Assembly (NCBI GenBank): GCA_029941885.1
Contig: JAPYTP010000001.1
Location: forward strand, 13,989-77,988
Direction of reading: 5' to 3'
Length of the DNA stretch: 64,000 nucleotides
Origin: Myxococcota bacterium
GTDB taxonomy: Bacteria > Myxococcota_A > UBA9160 > UBA4427
The translations under genes and the position numbers were made by a program. Shown here one piece after another: positions 28,080 through 36,102 of the stretch (positions are counted from its first letter, which is position 1; every line of letters starts with the position of its first letter). Below the pieces are notes generated by a model. The model was not told the origin of the DNA. It was given only the letters and a program-made list of their open reading frames with translations, and searched no databases.

Positions 28080-29558
28080 TCAGTCCGCCGCGGCTACGCT
28101 CTTCCCCGCCATCCGGCCGAAGAAACTGCTTCCGCCGATCGACATGCCGCTCGCATAGTGGCTTCCCGAGCGGGTCAGGCCGGCGGAGGCGCGACCCGCC
28201 GCGTACAGACCTCTGATGATCTGGCCGTCGACGCCCAGCACTTCGCCTGTCGGCTGAGTATTGAGTCCACCTAACGTAAACGTGGCCCAGATGCTCTTGT
28301 CGACGGAGAGGTCGAGGGCCGCATACGGCGGGTGGTCGAGAGGCGTGACATATTTCTCGGCTTTGTGAAAGACCGGATCGACGCCCGCCGCCGCGAAGTG
28401 GTTATAGGACGCGAAGGTGTGGACGAGCTGCCCTTGGGGCATGCCGAGAGAGCGCTCGAGTTCTTCGATCGTCTCCTCGACCGCGACCATCTGATAGCCG
28501 CCCAGGGATTGTCCGTAGGTTTCGTCGTCGACGATCAGGAAGGCCGTCCCGTCCGCCTTCTTCTGGATCGCATCGGTCACGCGGCCGTGATAGCAGTCCT
28601 CGTTGATGAAGCGCTGACCCTGTTGGCTCACGACCAGTCCCTTGATGTGGCCGACCGGTGGGAAAAAGGGCGTCGTCATCAACCCCTCGTTCATGTTGAT
28701 CGCGGCTCCTCCGACACCCATTCCCATACGAATTCCGCTCCCGTCACATCCGTCGCTGCCGATCGGGTAGTTGCATCTTGCGAGATCCGGAGCGAACTGT
28801 TCGACCATCGCGCGATTCATGATGAAGCCGCCGGTCGTGAGAACGACGCCCCGTCGCGCGCGAATCGCGACGTCGTTGCCTTCGATCTGGGCGACCACGC
28901 CGACTACACGGCCCGTTTCGTCCTCGATCAAGGTCTGTACGCGGGACTCGTTCTGGATCGTGCCCCCGAGTGCGCCCAGAGTCTCGATCATTTGCTCGAT
29001 GATATAGCCTCCGGCGCTGCCTTCCTTCTTGGGCTTGTGGCCGCGGGGGACGGGGACCGCTTCTTCGGAGAAGGGATAGGCCTGTTCGTTGCCGGAGTAG
29101 ATCAGACAATCGTCGGTGGGGGGGAAGATGACCTTCTCGTCGTAGTAGGTGTCCTTAAACTCCACCCCGATGCTCTCGAAGAACGCGAAATGCTCGAGGC
29201 TGTTCTCGCAGTAGAGCCGGACTTTCTCGGGGTCAGCGGTCGGTCCTGCGGCCCCCTTCACGTGCGCATGCATGTTCTCGATCGAGTCTTCGAAACCCGC
29301 AGCCTTCTGGACGCGCGTCCCACCCCCGAAATAGATCGTCCCCTCTGACAGCGCCGTGGCGCCGCCGCCGCGGGTTGCACGTTCGAGGATCAGCGTCGAG
29401 GCGCCAGCGCGCACCACTTCGATGGCGGCGGCTCCTCCCGCCACGCCGAATCCGACGACGATCACGTCGAACTCGCCCCACCAGGAGTCGATCGAGGCGA
29501 GGGCGCGAGGCTCCGACGGAAGGACGTTGTGATCACGAGGGGCGGGGTTCTCGGCCAT
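28080..29558 (-). CDS. FAD-binding oxidoreductase, 3-ketosteroid-delta1-dehydrogenase / fumarate-reductase flavoprotein-like
   Basis: FDVIVVGFGVAGGAAAIE dinucleotide motif, VVLTTGGF, C-terminal LYAAG...G. Trimmed to MAENPAP (ATG 29558). Confidence 0.75.
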   Translation of the reverse strand: MAENPAPRDHNVLPSEPRALASIDSWWGEFDVIVVGFGVAGGAAAIEVVRAGASTLILERATRGGGATALSEGTIYFGGGTRVQKAAGFEDSIENMHAHVKGAAGPTADPEKVRLYCENSLEHFAFFESIGVEFKDTYYDEKVIFPPTDDCLIYSGNEQAYPFSEEAVPVPRGHKPKKEGSAGGYIIEQMIETLGALGGTIQNESRVQTLIEDETGRVVGVVAQIEGNDVAIRARRGVVLTTGGFIMNRAMVEQFAPDLARCNYPIGSDGCDGSGIRMGMGVGGAAINMNEGLMTTPFFPPVGHIKGLVVSQQGQRFINEDCYHGRVTDAIQKKADGTAFLIVDDETYGQSLGGYQMVAVEETIEELERSLGMPQGQLVHTFASYNHFAAAGVDPVFHKAEKYVTPLDHPPYAALDLSVDKSIWATFTLGGLNTQPTGEVLGVDGQIIRGLYAAGRASAGLTRSGSHYASGMSIGGSSFFGRMAGKSVAAAD

Positions 29559-29716
29559 GGGGGGTCGTCCAATGCTTCTGGTGCTGAGCGCGCCGAAGAA
29601 TAGCGGGGCGTCGACTGCGTGGATCAGTCGATCCGCCGGGGCCGAGGATGCGCGCGAGTTGCCGGTCCGGAGGCATTTTCCCGTCGCCCGAGCCGTTCCG
29701 GGAGAGACTTCATTTA

Positions 29717-29737
29717 AAATGGTATAAAGTACCATTT
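29717..29737. promoter_or_regulatory. Perfect 8-5-8 palindrome AAATGGTA-TAAAG-TACCATTT in an AT-rich divergent promoter region
   Basis: Read directly. Embedded in the only strongly AT-rich ~45 nt between the KstD-like gene (-) and the OMP gene (+). Confidence 0.45.
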
Positions 29738-29941
29738 ATATAGAGTCGATCTGGCGAGAGATGATGACGCCGCCTCCTGCCGTTATCTCCACGTCCCGAT
29801 CTTTGACCCGACGCGAGAATGATTCGATGCCCAGTGTCCTGTCCCTTTGCGGGGCGCTCGGATTCCGATCCGATGCCTCCCCACACATACTCCGGAGCGC
29901 GAACCCTTCGAACGCTCGTCCGGCTGGAGTTCCCGATCCCG

Positions 29942-30763
29942 ATGTGCCTGTTATCCGCCGTCGCCCGATCGCGCTCGCTCGTCGCGAGTCTCGCCGCGGT
30001 TCTGAGGTCGCTGTCGGCCGTCGGCTCCGACGAGACGACGGAAGGGTCATCGGGATTCTGGGAGTCGGTCTTCTGGACTTATACGGCTGGCTTCGACTAC
30101 AGCCGCGGCGATTATGGCCTGAGGCGAGATTCGCCCCTTTTTTACATGCCGCTCGGGGTGATTGCCGATTACGAGCGTTTCCGGATTCAGGTCGTCGTCC
30201 CCTTCATCGTAAGCGACGGACCCACAACCCTCCGATCGGGTCCGGGCCCGCCACCGCCTCCCCCTCCTCGCCCCCCGCTCGAATCCGAAACGAATCGAGG
30301 GGTTGGCGAGATCGTGACCTCGGCCAGCTACCTGCTGGATCCCTTTCTCGACGGGATGCCCTAGGTGGAGCTGGGGGTGGACGTGACGTTGCCGACGCGT
30401 TCGAAGAACGAACTCGGTACGGGCGCCTGGGGCTTCGCGGCTTGGGCCGAGTTCTTTCAGCAGATCGGACCGGTCACGCCCTTCGCGACCCTTGGACGCA
30501 GCTTCTTTGCAAGCGATTCTCTCGACGACCGATTCTTTGCGTCGGTGGGCGGGAGCATCGAGCTTTCGGAATTCGTCGCGGCGGGTTTCTCCTACGACTG
30601 GCTCGAGGAGACTTCCGGTGAAACACCCGACGCCCAGGAACTCGTACCGTTTCTCGTACTCGCCGTGTCGCCAAGATTGTCGATCGGACCCTACGGCGTC
30701 TTGGGTCTCTCGAGCGGGTCGCCGGACGACGGTTTCGGAGTGAGCATGAGCTTCGCGCCATGA
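29942..30763 (+). pseudogene. Outer-membrane beta-barrel transporter (MetA-pathway/phenol-degradation-like family) interrupted by an in-frame TAG at 30362-30364
   Basis: Track ORFs 29819-30364 and 30365-30763 are in the same frame, separated only by TAG. Alternating beta-strand patterns (FDYSRGDYG, GVGEIVTSASYLL | VDVTLPT....LGTGAWG, terminal GVSMSF) continue across the stop. Confidence 0.6.
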
Positions 30764-30812
30764 ACCCGAGGAGAAGAGAACCGTTGCCACTCGAAGACAT
30801 GGGATCGAATCG

Positions 30813-31736
30813 ATGAACGGACCCGCACCGTCTCCGCCCGCTGACACAGCAACCCTGATCGTTGCAATGCTGCGACGAATGTTGCGCCCACTGGTGCGAT
30901 TCCTCGTCTCGCGTCAGGTTCAATACCCCCTCGTTTCCCGACTCCTCAAGTCTCTCTTCATCGAAGTCGCGACGTCGGATTTCTCTCTCGAAGGGAAGCG
31001 TCTCACGGTGAGTCGATTGAGCCTGCTGACCGGCATCCACCGGCGCGAGGTCAAGCGAATCCAGGAGCAGGGCGCACCGGGTGAGGCGCCGACTCCCTCG
31101 GCGATCACCCTCGCTGCTCAGATCGTTGCGCGCTGGACCGGCCAGGCGCCCTGGATCGATGAGGAAGGACGGCCGCGGCCGTTGCGACGGCAGACCGAGG
31201 AGGGCGACGCGCCCTCTTTTGCGCGATTGGTGAATTCCGTCAGCGTCGATATCCATCCACGGTCCGTTCTCGACGAATGGATACGGCTCGGGATCGCCTC
31301 GATCGACGCTGACGGCGCGGTCGTCTTGAATTCCGAAGCGTTCGTGCCATCGCGTGGTTTCGAAGAGAAGGCGCACTATGTCGGACTGAATCTGCGTGAT
31401 CATCTGGCCGCTGCGGCAGGAAACCTCGATTCGGACGAATCGCCCTTTCTCGAACGGAGTGTTCACTACGGCTCGCTTCCCGCAGATGCGGTCGAAGAAT
31501 TGTCTGCACTCGCACGAGAAGTGGGGCAGCAGGCTCTGGTGCGCGTCAACGAGCGTGCGCGCGAGTTGAAGCGGCTCGCGCTGGAGCGCGGTGACGAGCA
31601 TGGGCGGGATCATCGACGCATCACGTTCGGCGTCTACGAGTACGATGTGCCGACGAACGAGGAAGCCGCGCGAGCGTCCGAGTCGGACGAGGAGGGGGTG
31701 CCGAACGAGGACCTGGGAGATGGCGATGCGGAATGA
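30813..31736 (+). CDS. DUF6502-like protein with an HTH-like segment and an acidic C-terminal tail
   Basis: LLRRMLRPLVRFLVSRQVQYPLVSRLLK...RLTVSRLSLLTGIHRREVKRI (HTH-like). Tail is EEAARASESDEEGVPNEDLGDGDAE. Family name from memory. Confidence 0.55.
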   Translation: MNGPAPSPPADTATLIVAMLRRMLRPLVRFLVSRQVQYPLVSRLLKSLFIEVATSDFSLEGKRLTVSRLSLLTGIHRREVKRIQEQGAPGEAPTPSAITLAAQIVARWTGQAPWIDEEGRPRPLRRQTEEGDAPSFARLVNSVSVDIHPRSVLDEWIRLGIASIDADGAVVLNSEAFVPSRGFEEKAHYVGLNLRDHLAAAAGNLDSDESPFLERSVHYGSLPADAVEELSALAREVGQQALVRVNERARELKRLALERGDEHGRDHRRITFGVYEYDVPTNEEAARASESDEEGVPNEDLGDGDAE

Positions 31737-33018
31737 TCGACATCGCACGAGGGCCGCACTCGATCGCCGGCGTTGGCTCTCGTTGCTGGTCACGGCGATC
31801 CTGCTGCCGGCGGGGTTGATCCAGGCGGAATGCCCCGAAGAGAGTTGGGCAACGGGAGCGTCGATCGCGTTCGAGGACGAGATCGTGCTGGGGTCGACGA
31901 CGGGGGGCAACGGAATCGGAGGGTCGGGGGTTGTCCCGGATCCCGGAGACGATGACGGCATCGGCGGCTCGGGTCTCTCTCCGACGGACGATTCCGGGGA
32001 GGACGGGATTGGTGGATCCGGCCTCTATGGCACTGTCACGGGCTTCGGCAGTGTATGCGTGAATGGCCGAAGCGTGCTCTATGACGATACGGTGGACGTT
32101 TCGGTCGATGAGGGCGCAGCGGTCATTGCTGACCTCGCGGTGGGTCAGGTCGTGCGAGTCGACTTCGAGGCGCGTGAAGATGGCCTCTACGCTCGCCGGA
32201 TCGATGTGCAGCACGAGGTTCTCGGACCCGTCACGGCTTCGGACAAGGACAGCGTCGAGGTGATGGGACAGCGTGTCGCGCTCGAACACCTATCCGACGG
32301 CACGCAGATCGAGATCGAAATCGGCATGCGGATCGCGGTGAGTGGCCTCAGGCGATCCGACGGGACGGTCGTTGCCTCCCGGATCGACCCCGCTGGAGTG
32401 GCGGTTGCGGACCTGGTTCGCGGTGTGCTCGTGCCAGTCGGAGATTTCTCATTCCGGATCGGAACCACGCCCATCGGTTCGATCAGACCAGACGACATGG
32501 AAATGTCGCCGCCGCGGGCGGGCCTCGGCTCGGGGGATGTCGTTCGTGAGATCGTCCTGGGATCGTGGAACTCGGAGAGAAGCATGCTCCTGGCGAATCG
32601 ACGTGGGATGTCCCCCGTCGCGTCGTCGCAAGTACGGCGGGTCGATCTCGAAGGATATGTCGAGCGAAACGAGGCGGGGGTCCTCGCGGTCAGTGGTGTC
32701 GCGTTCTCGATTCGAGAGGGCGCCGCTTCGTTCCGCCGAGGCGACCGGGTCCGTGTGCGGGGCAGTCGTCGTGAAGCCGGCGAACCGCTCAGGTTGCGAC
32801 GCGCGATGCGAGTCCCCGAGCGTCCGATGCTCCGCTCCCTGAATAGAAGCATGCGCCCTTCAAAGCTCTTGCGGCCCGGTCTCCAGCGACCACCACGGGG
32901 CCGCGGGGATTCCTCGCAGGTGCGTCGTGGTCGTCCGGAGCGTCCGCAGAATCACCACGTGCGGAGACCGCCTCCCCGCCATGACCTGTTGCCCCCGAGA
33001 CGTCCACCTCCGCGGTGA
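31720..33018 (+). CDS. Secreted/anchored protein with GIGGSG repeats and DUF5666-like tandem beta domains
   Basis: Signal/anchor RRWLSLLVTAILLPAGLIQA, then 3x GIGGSG, then about 4 repeats of a G.V..(F)..V.G..V......G..V.V.G pattern, then an Arg/Pro-rich tail. Overlaps the upstream gene by 17 nt. Confidence 0.6.
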   Translation: MAMRNDRHRTRAALDRRRWLSLLVTAILLPAGLIQAECPEESWATGASIAFEDEIVLGSTTGGNGIGGSGVVPDPGDDDGIGGSGLSPTDDSGEDGIGGSGLYGTVTGFGSVCVNGRSVLYDDTVDVSVDEGAAVIADLAVGQVVRVDFEAREDGLYARRIDVQHEVLGPVTASDKDSVEVMGQRVALEHLSDGTQIEIEIGMRIAVSGLRRSDGTVVASRIDPAGVAVADLVRGVLVPVGDFSFRIGTTPIGSIRPDDMEMSPPRAGLGSGDVVREIVLGSWNSERSMLLANRRGMSPVASSQVRRVDLEGYVERNEAGVLAVSGVAFSIREGAASFRRGDRVRVRGSRREAGEPLRLRRAMRVPERPMLRSLNRSMRPSKLLRPGLQRPPRGRGDSSQVRRGRPERPQNHHVRRPPPRHDLLPPRRPPPR

Positions 33019-33135
33019 ACCGCGCCTCCACCGGGACGGGTTCTGACCACTGGTATCCGCCTGGGCCTCCGAATTCGGGTTATCGTCGAGCGACCCTCGA
33101 CGCCACCTCGAATTCGACCCCCAGGAGACCCCGCC

Positions 33136-33987
33136 ATGAAATTCGGCCTCATGTTCGCCAACGTCGGCCCCTTCGGTCAGCCGGAAGGCCTCACCCACCT
33201 CGCGCAGACGGCCGAGTCCGTCGGTGTCGAATCGCTATGGACCGTCGAGCACGTCGTCGTTCCCAAGGGTTATGCCTCGCAATATCCGTATAGCCAGGAC
33301 GGGAAGATGCCCGGCTCGGAGGAGAACCCGTTCCCGGACCCGTATGTCTGGCTCTCCTACGCTGCCGCAGTCACGAAGACCATCAAGCTCGCGACCGGCA
33401 TCATCATCCTTCCTCAGCGACACCCCTTCTACATCGCCAAGGAAGCTGCGACCCTCGATCAACTGTCAGGCGGTCGTCATATCCTGGGCGTAGGCATCGG
33501 CTGGCTCGAGGAGGAGTTCAAGGCGCTCAAGGTGCCCTTCGACAAGCGGGCTCCGATCACGGACGAATCGATCGAGGCGATTCGCGATCTCTGGAGTGAG
33601 GGGCCCTCCGCACACAAGGGCGACCACTACGAGTGGCCCGCGGTCGAGTCGAACCCGAAGCCGGTCGGCGGTTCGCTTCCGATCGTGATCGGCGGACACA
33701 CAAAGAGTGCTGCGCGGCGTGCGGCACGCCTCGGCGATGGTTTCTTTCCGGCGAGGGGGGACAAGCTCGAGGAGGGCATCGCCGAGATCAAGGCCGAGTG
33801 TGCTCGCATCGGTCGGGATCCGAGTGAAATCGAAATCACCGGCGGGAGCCTGCCGACCCCGGATGAGGTGAAGCGCCTCGAGGATATGGGCGTCAGCCGT
33901 TTCGTAACGGGCCCCCCCGGCTTCAGCCCGGACGACGTCAAGGCCGGCCTGGAGAAGCTTGGCGACGAGCTCTTTTCGAAGTTCTAG
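33136..33987 (+). CDS. LLM-class F420-type oxidoreductase, paralogue 2
   Basis: MKFGLMFANVG..., LGVGIGWLEEEF, PKPVGGSLPIVIGG. AGGAGA SD. Confidence 0.85.
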   Translation: MKFGLMFANVGPFGQPEGLTHLAQTAESVGVESLWTVEHVVVPKGYASQYPYSQDGKMPGSEENPFPDPYVWLSYAAAVTKTIKLATGIIILPQRHPFYIAKEAATLDQLSGGRHILGVGIGWLEEEFKALKVPFDKRAPITDESIEAIRDLWSEGPSAHKGDHYEWPAVESNPKPVGGSLPIVIGGHTKSAARRAARLGDGFFPARGDKLEEGIAEIKAECARIGRDPSEIEITGGSLPTPDEVKRLEDMGVSRFVTGPPGFSPDDVKAGLEKLGDELFSKF

Positions 33988-33989
33988 AT

Positions 33990-34010
33990 CCGCCACCCGC
34001 CACCCGCCAC
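33990..34010. repeat. Heptamer tandem repeat (CCGCCAC)x3
   Basis: Read directly, 3 nt after the LLM stop codon. Confidence 0.85.
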
Positions 34011-34102
34011 CACAGTCCCCCGACGAGTGAGTCCCGCCGGCCTGTGTGCGTCTTCGAACGTGCGCGGGCCGATTGGCGGAGATTGCGCGACATTCCCGGC
34101 CC

Positions 34103-36067
34103 ATGCCTGTCCTCGACGCCAACCAACTTCGCAAATTCGTCGCCGATCGAACTCTCTTCGAAGACGTCACGCTGACGATTCGGCGGGGCGAGAAGGTTGG
34201 CCTGGTCGGTCACAACGGTTCCGGGAAGAGCACCCTGGCTCGCGTACTTGCGGGGCTCGAGGACTCGGACGGGGGTCGCATCTCACGGCGCCGAGATGCG
34301 ACGGTCGAGTACCTGCCGCAGGAGCCGAGTTTCGAGCCCGGGCGGACCGTGCGTGATGTGGTCCTAGAAAGTCTCAAAGCATGGAACGCGACGCGCCGAC
34401 GTTTCGAGGAACTCACGGAGGCGCTGTCCAAGGCCGGCGATGCATTGGAACAGGCCCGTCTCGTGGCGAAACAAGCCGAGGTCGGGGAGGCCCTCGAGCG
34501 CCACGGTGGCTGGGAGCGCGAGTACGAGGCCGAGGCCACCGTCGGCCATCTCGGGATCGCGGATTCGGACCGGTTGGTCGAAACCCTGAGCGGGGGTGAG
34601 GCGCGCCGTGTTGCCATTGCGCGCCTCTTGGTTGCAGAGCCGACCCTGGCGATCCTCGACGAGCCGACGAACCATCTCGATCTGGAGACGATCGAATGGC
34701 TGGAGGAATATCTGCGCGATCGCTTCAAGGGTGCGATCTTGTTGATCAGCCACGACCGCAGCGTGCTCGACGCCGTGACCACCCGGACTCTCGAAATCCA
34801 TGATGGAAGTCTGGCGAGCTACGAGGGCGGTTATGCGCGTTACCTGATCGGAAAGGCCGAGCGTGAAGCCCACGCGGACCGCACCTGGCGGAATACTCGG
34901 AACTTCCTGCGCCGTGAAGTCGAGTGGTTGCGCCGGGCACCGAAGGCGCGGGGCACCAAGCAGAAGGCGAGGATCGCCCGCGCGGAGACTGCACTCGGCG
35001 AGAAGGCGCCCCCGCTGGACCGCCTGGCCGATTTGCGGATGCAATCAGAGCGGCTCGGCAAGACGATCCTCGACTTGAAGGACCTGTCGATCGAACGCGA
35101 CGGAAAACATCTGATCGGGGGACTCGAACTCGCGCTTCGCGCCGGAGATCGAATCGGGATCGTCGGGCCCAACGGTTCTGGCAAGACGAGTCTCCTGCTC
35201 GCGATCCTCGAGCAACTCGAACCGACCGGCGGCCGGATCGTCCGAGGGGCCAACACCCGAATCGGCTACCTGGATCAGGCTCGATCGGAACTCGACGCGA
35301 CTACGAGCCTGCGCAAAGCCGCCGTCGGCGCCGCGACGGAAATCGCCATTGGCGACGAGCGACTTTCGGTCGGGAGTTATCTCGAGCGATTCCTCTTCGA
35401 CCGTCGTCAACAACGCCTGCAGGTGGGGGAATTGTCCGGAGGGGAACGGGCGCGCGTTTGCCTCGCGCGACTGCTCGCCCAGCGATGCAACCTGATCTTG
35501 CTGGACGAACCGACGAATGATCTCGACGTCGCGACCCTCGGTGCTCTCGAGGCGATGCTGCTCGATTTCGGCGGGAGCATCATCCTGGTGAGTCATGACC
35601 GATGGCTGCTCGATCGGGTCGCGACCGGAATCCTGGCCTTCGAGGGAGAGGGCAGGGTCGAGTACCACGTCGGTAACTATTCGGATTATCGCGAGAGACG
35701 GGCGCGCGAAGAATCGAGGGATGCGGTCGCAGCGAGTCCGAACCGCGGTCGTCCGAATCGTGATCCTGGTGTGGCCGCCTCTGCGGCGGCTTCCTGCTCC
35801 GACGCGTCCGGGGATCGGCCGAAGAAGCTCAACCATCGAGAACGTCGAGAGCTAGAGGGCCTCTTTGAATCGATCGAAGCGGCAGAGGAGCAGGTCGCAA
35901 CGATTCAGGGCCGACTCGCGGATCCGGCGACCTATCAGCTGCCTCGTGAGGAAGTCGCCGAGATTCAAGTCGAGCTCGAAGCAGCCGAGGCCGGGGCCCT
36001 TCGACTCACGGAGCGTTGGGAAGAACTCGAGGCAAGAAATGCCGCGTTCGAATCGAGTCGATCCTAG
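34103..36067 (+). CDS. ABC-F family ATPase (Uup-like, no TM domain)
   Basis: Two ABC cassettes: GHNGSGKST / LSGGEARRV / ILDEPTNHLD and GPNGSGKTS / LSGGERARV / LLDEPTNDLD. C-terminal coiled-coil-like region. Start trimmed to MPVLDANQL. Confidence 0.9.
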   Translation: MPVLDANQLRKFVADRTLFEDVTLTIRRGEKVGLVGHNGSGKSTLARVLAGLEDSDGGRISRRRDATVEYLPQEPSFEPGRTVRDVVLESLKAWNATRRRFEELTEALSKAGDALEQARLVAKQAEVGEALERHGGWEREYEAEATVGHLGIADSDRLVETLSGGEARRVAIARLLVAEPTLAILDEPTNHLDLETIEWLEEYLRDRFKGAILLISHDRSVLDAVTTRTLEIHDGSLASYEGGYARYLIGKAEREAHADRTWRNTRNFLRREVEWLRRAPKARGTKQKARIARAETALGEKAPPLDRLADLRMQSERLGKTILDLKDLSIERDGKHLIGGLELALRAGDRIGIVGPNGSGKTSLLLAILEQLEPTGGRIVRGANTRIGYLDQARSELDATTSLRKAAVGAATEIAIGDERLSVGSYLERFLFDRRQQRLQVGELSGGERARVCLARLLAQRCNLILLDEPTNDLDVATLGALEAMLLDFGGSIILVSHDRWLLDRVATGILAFEGEGRVEYHVGNYSDYRERRAREESRDAVAASPNRGRPNRDPGVAASAAASCSDASGDRPKKLNHRERRELEGLFESIEAAEEQVATIQGRLADPATYQLPREEVAEIQVELEAAEAGALRLTERWEELEARNAAFESSRS

Positions 36068-36102
36068 ACGAGGACCTGGCCCGGTTTTGATCGCCCGAGA
36101 AC

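Noticed and set aside
30362-30364. TAG as a reassigned or pyrrolysine/suppressed codon
   Set aside because: TAG terminates at least six well-supported genes in this window at positions that match family lengths. No pyl genes or suppressor tRNA are visible. A nonsense mutation or sequencing error is more parsimonious.
30474-31961. 495-aa minus-strand ORF across the OMP/DUF6502-like/GIGGSG genes
   Set aside because: It is an Arg/Pro-rich shadow frame opposite three plus-strand genes that have better structural logic (beta-strand periodicity, HTH, signal peptide). I have no positive evidence for it.
34103-36067. ABC-F protein as an antibiotic-resistance (ARE) ABC-F
   Set aside because: The architecture (two cassettes plus a C-terminal coiled-coil extension) looks like housekeeping Uup-type ABC-F proteins. 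ARE assignment needs linker analysis and phylogeny that I cannot do by eye.
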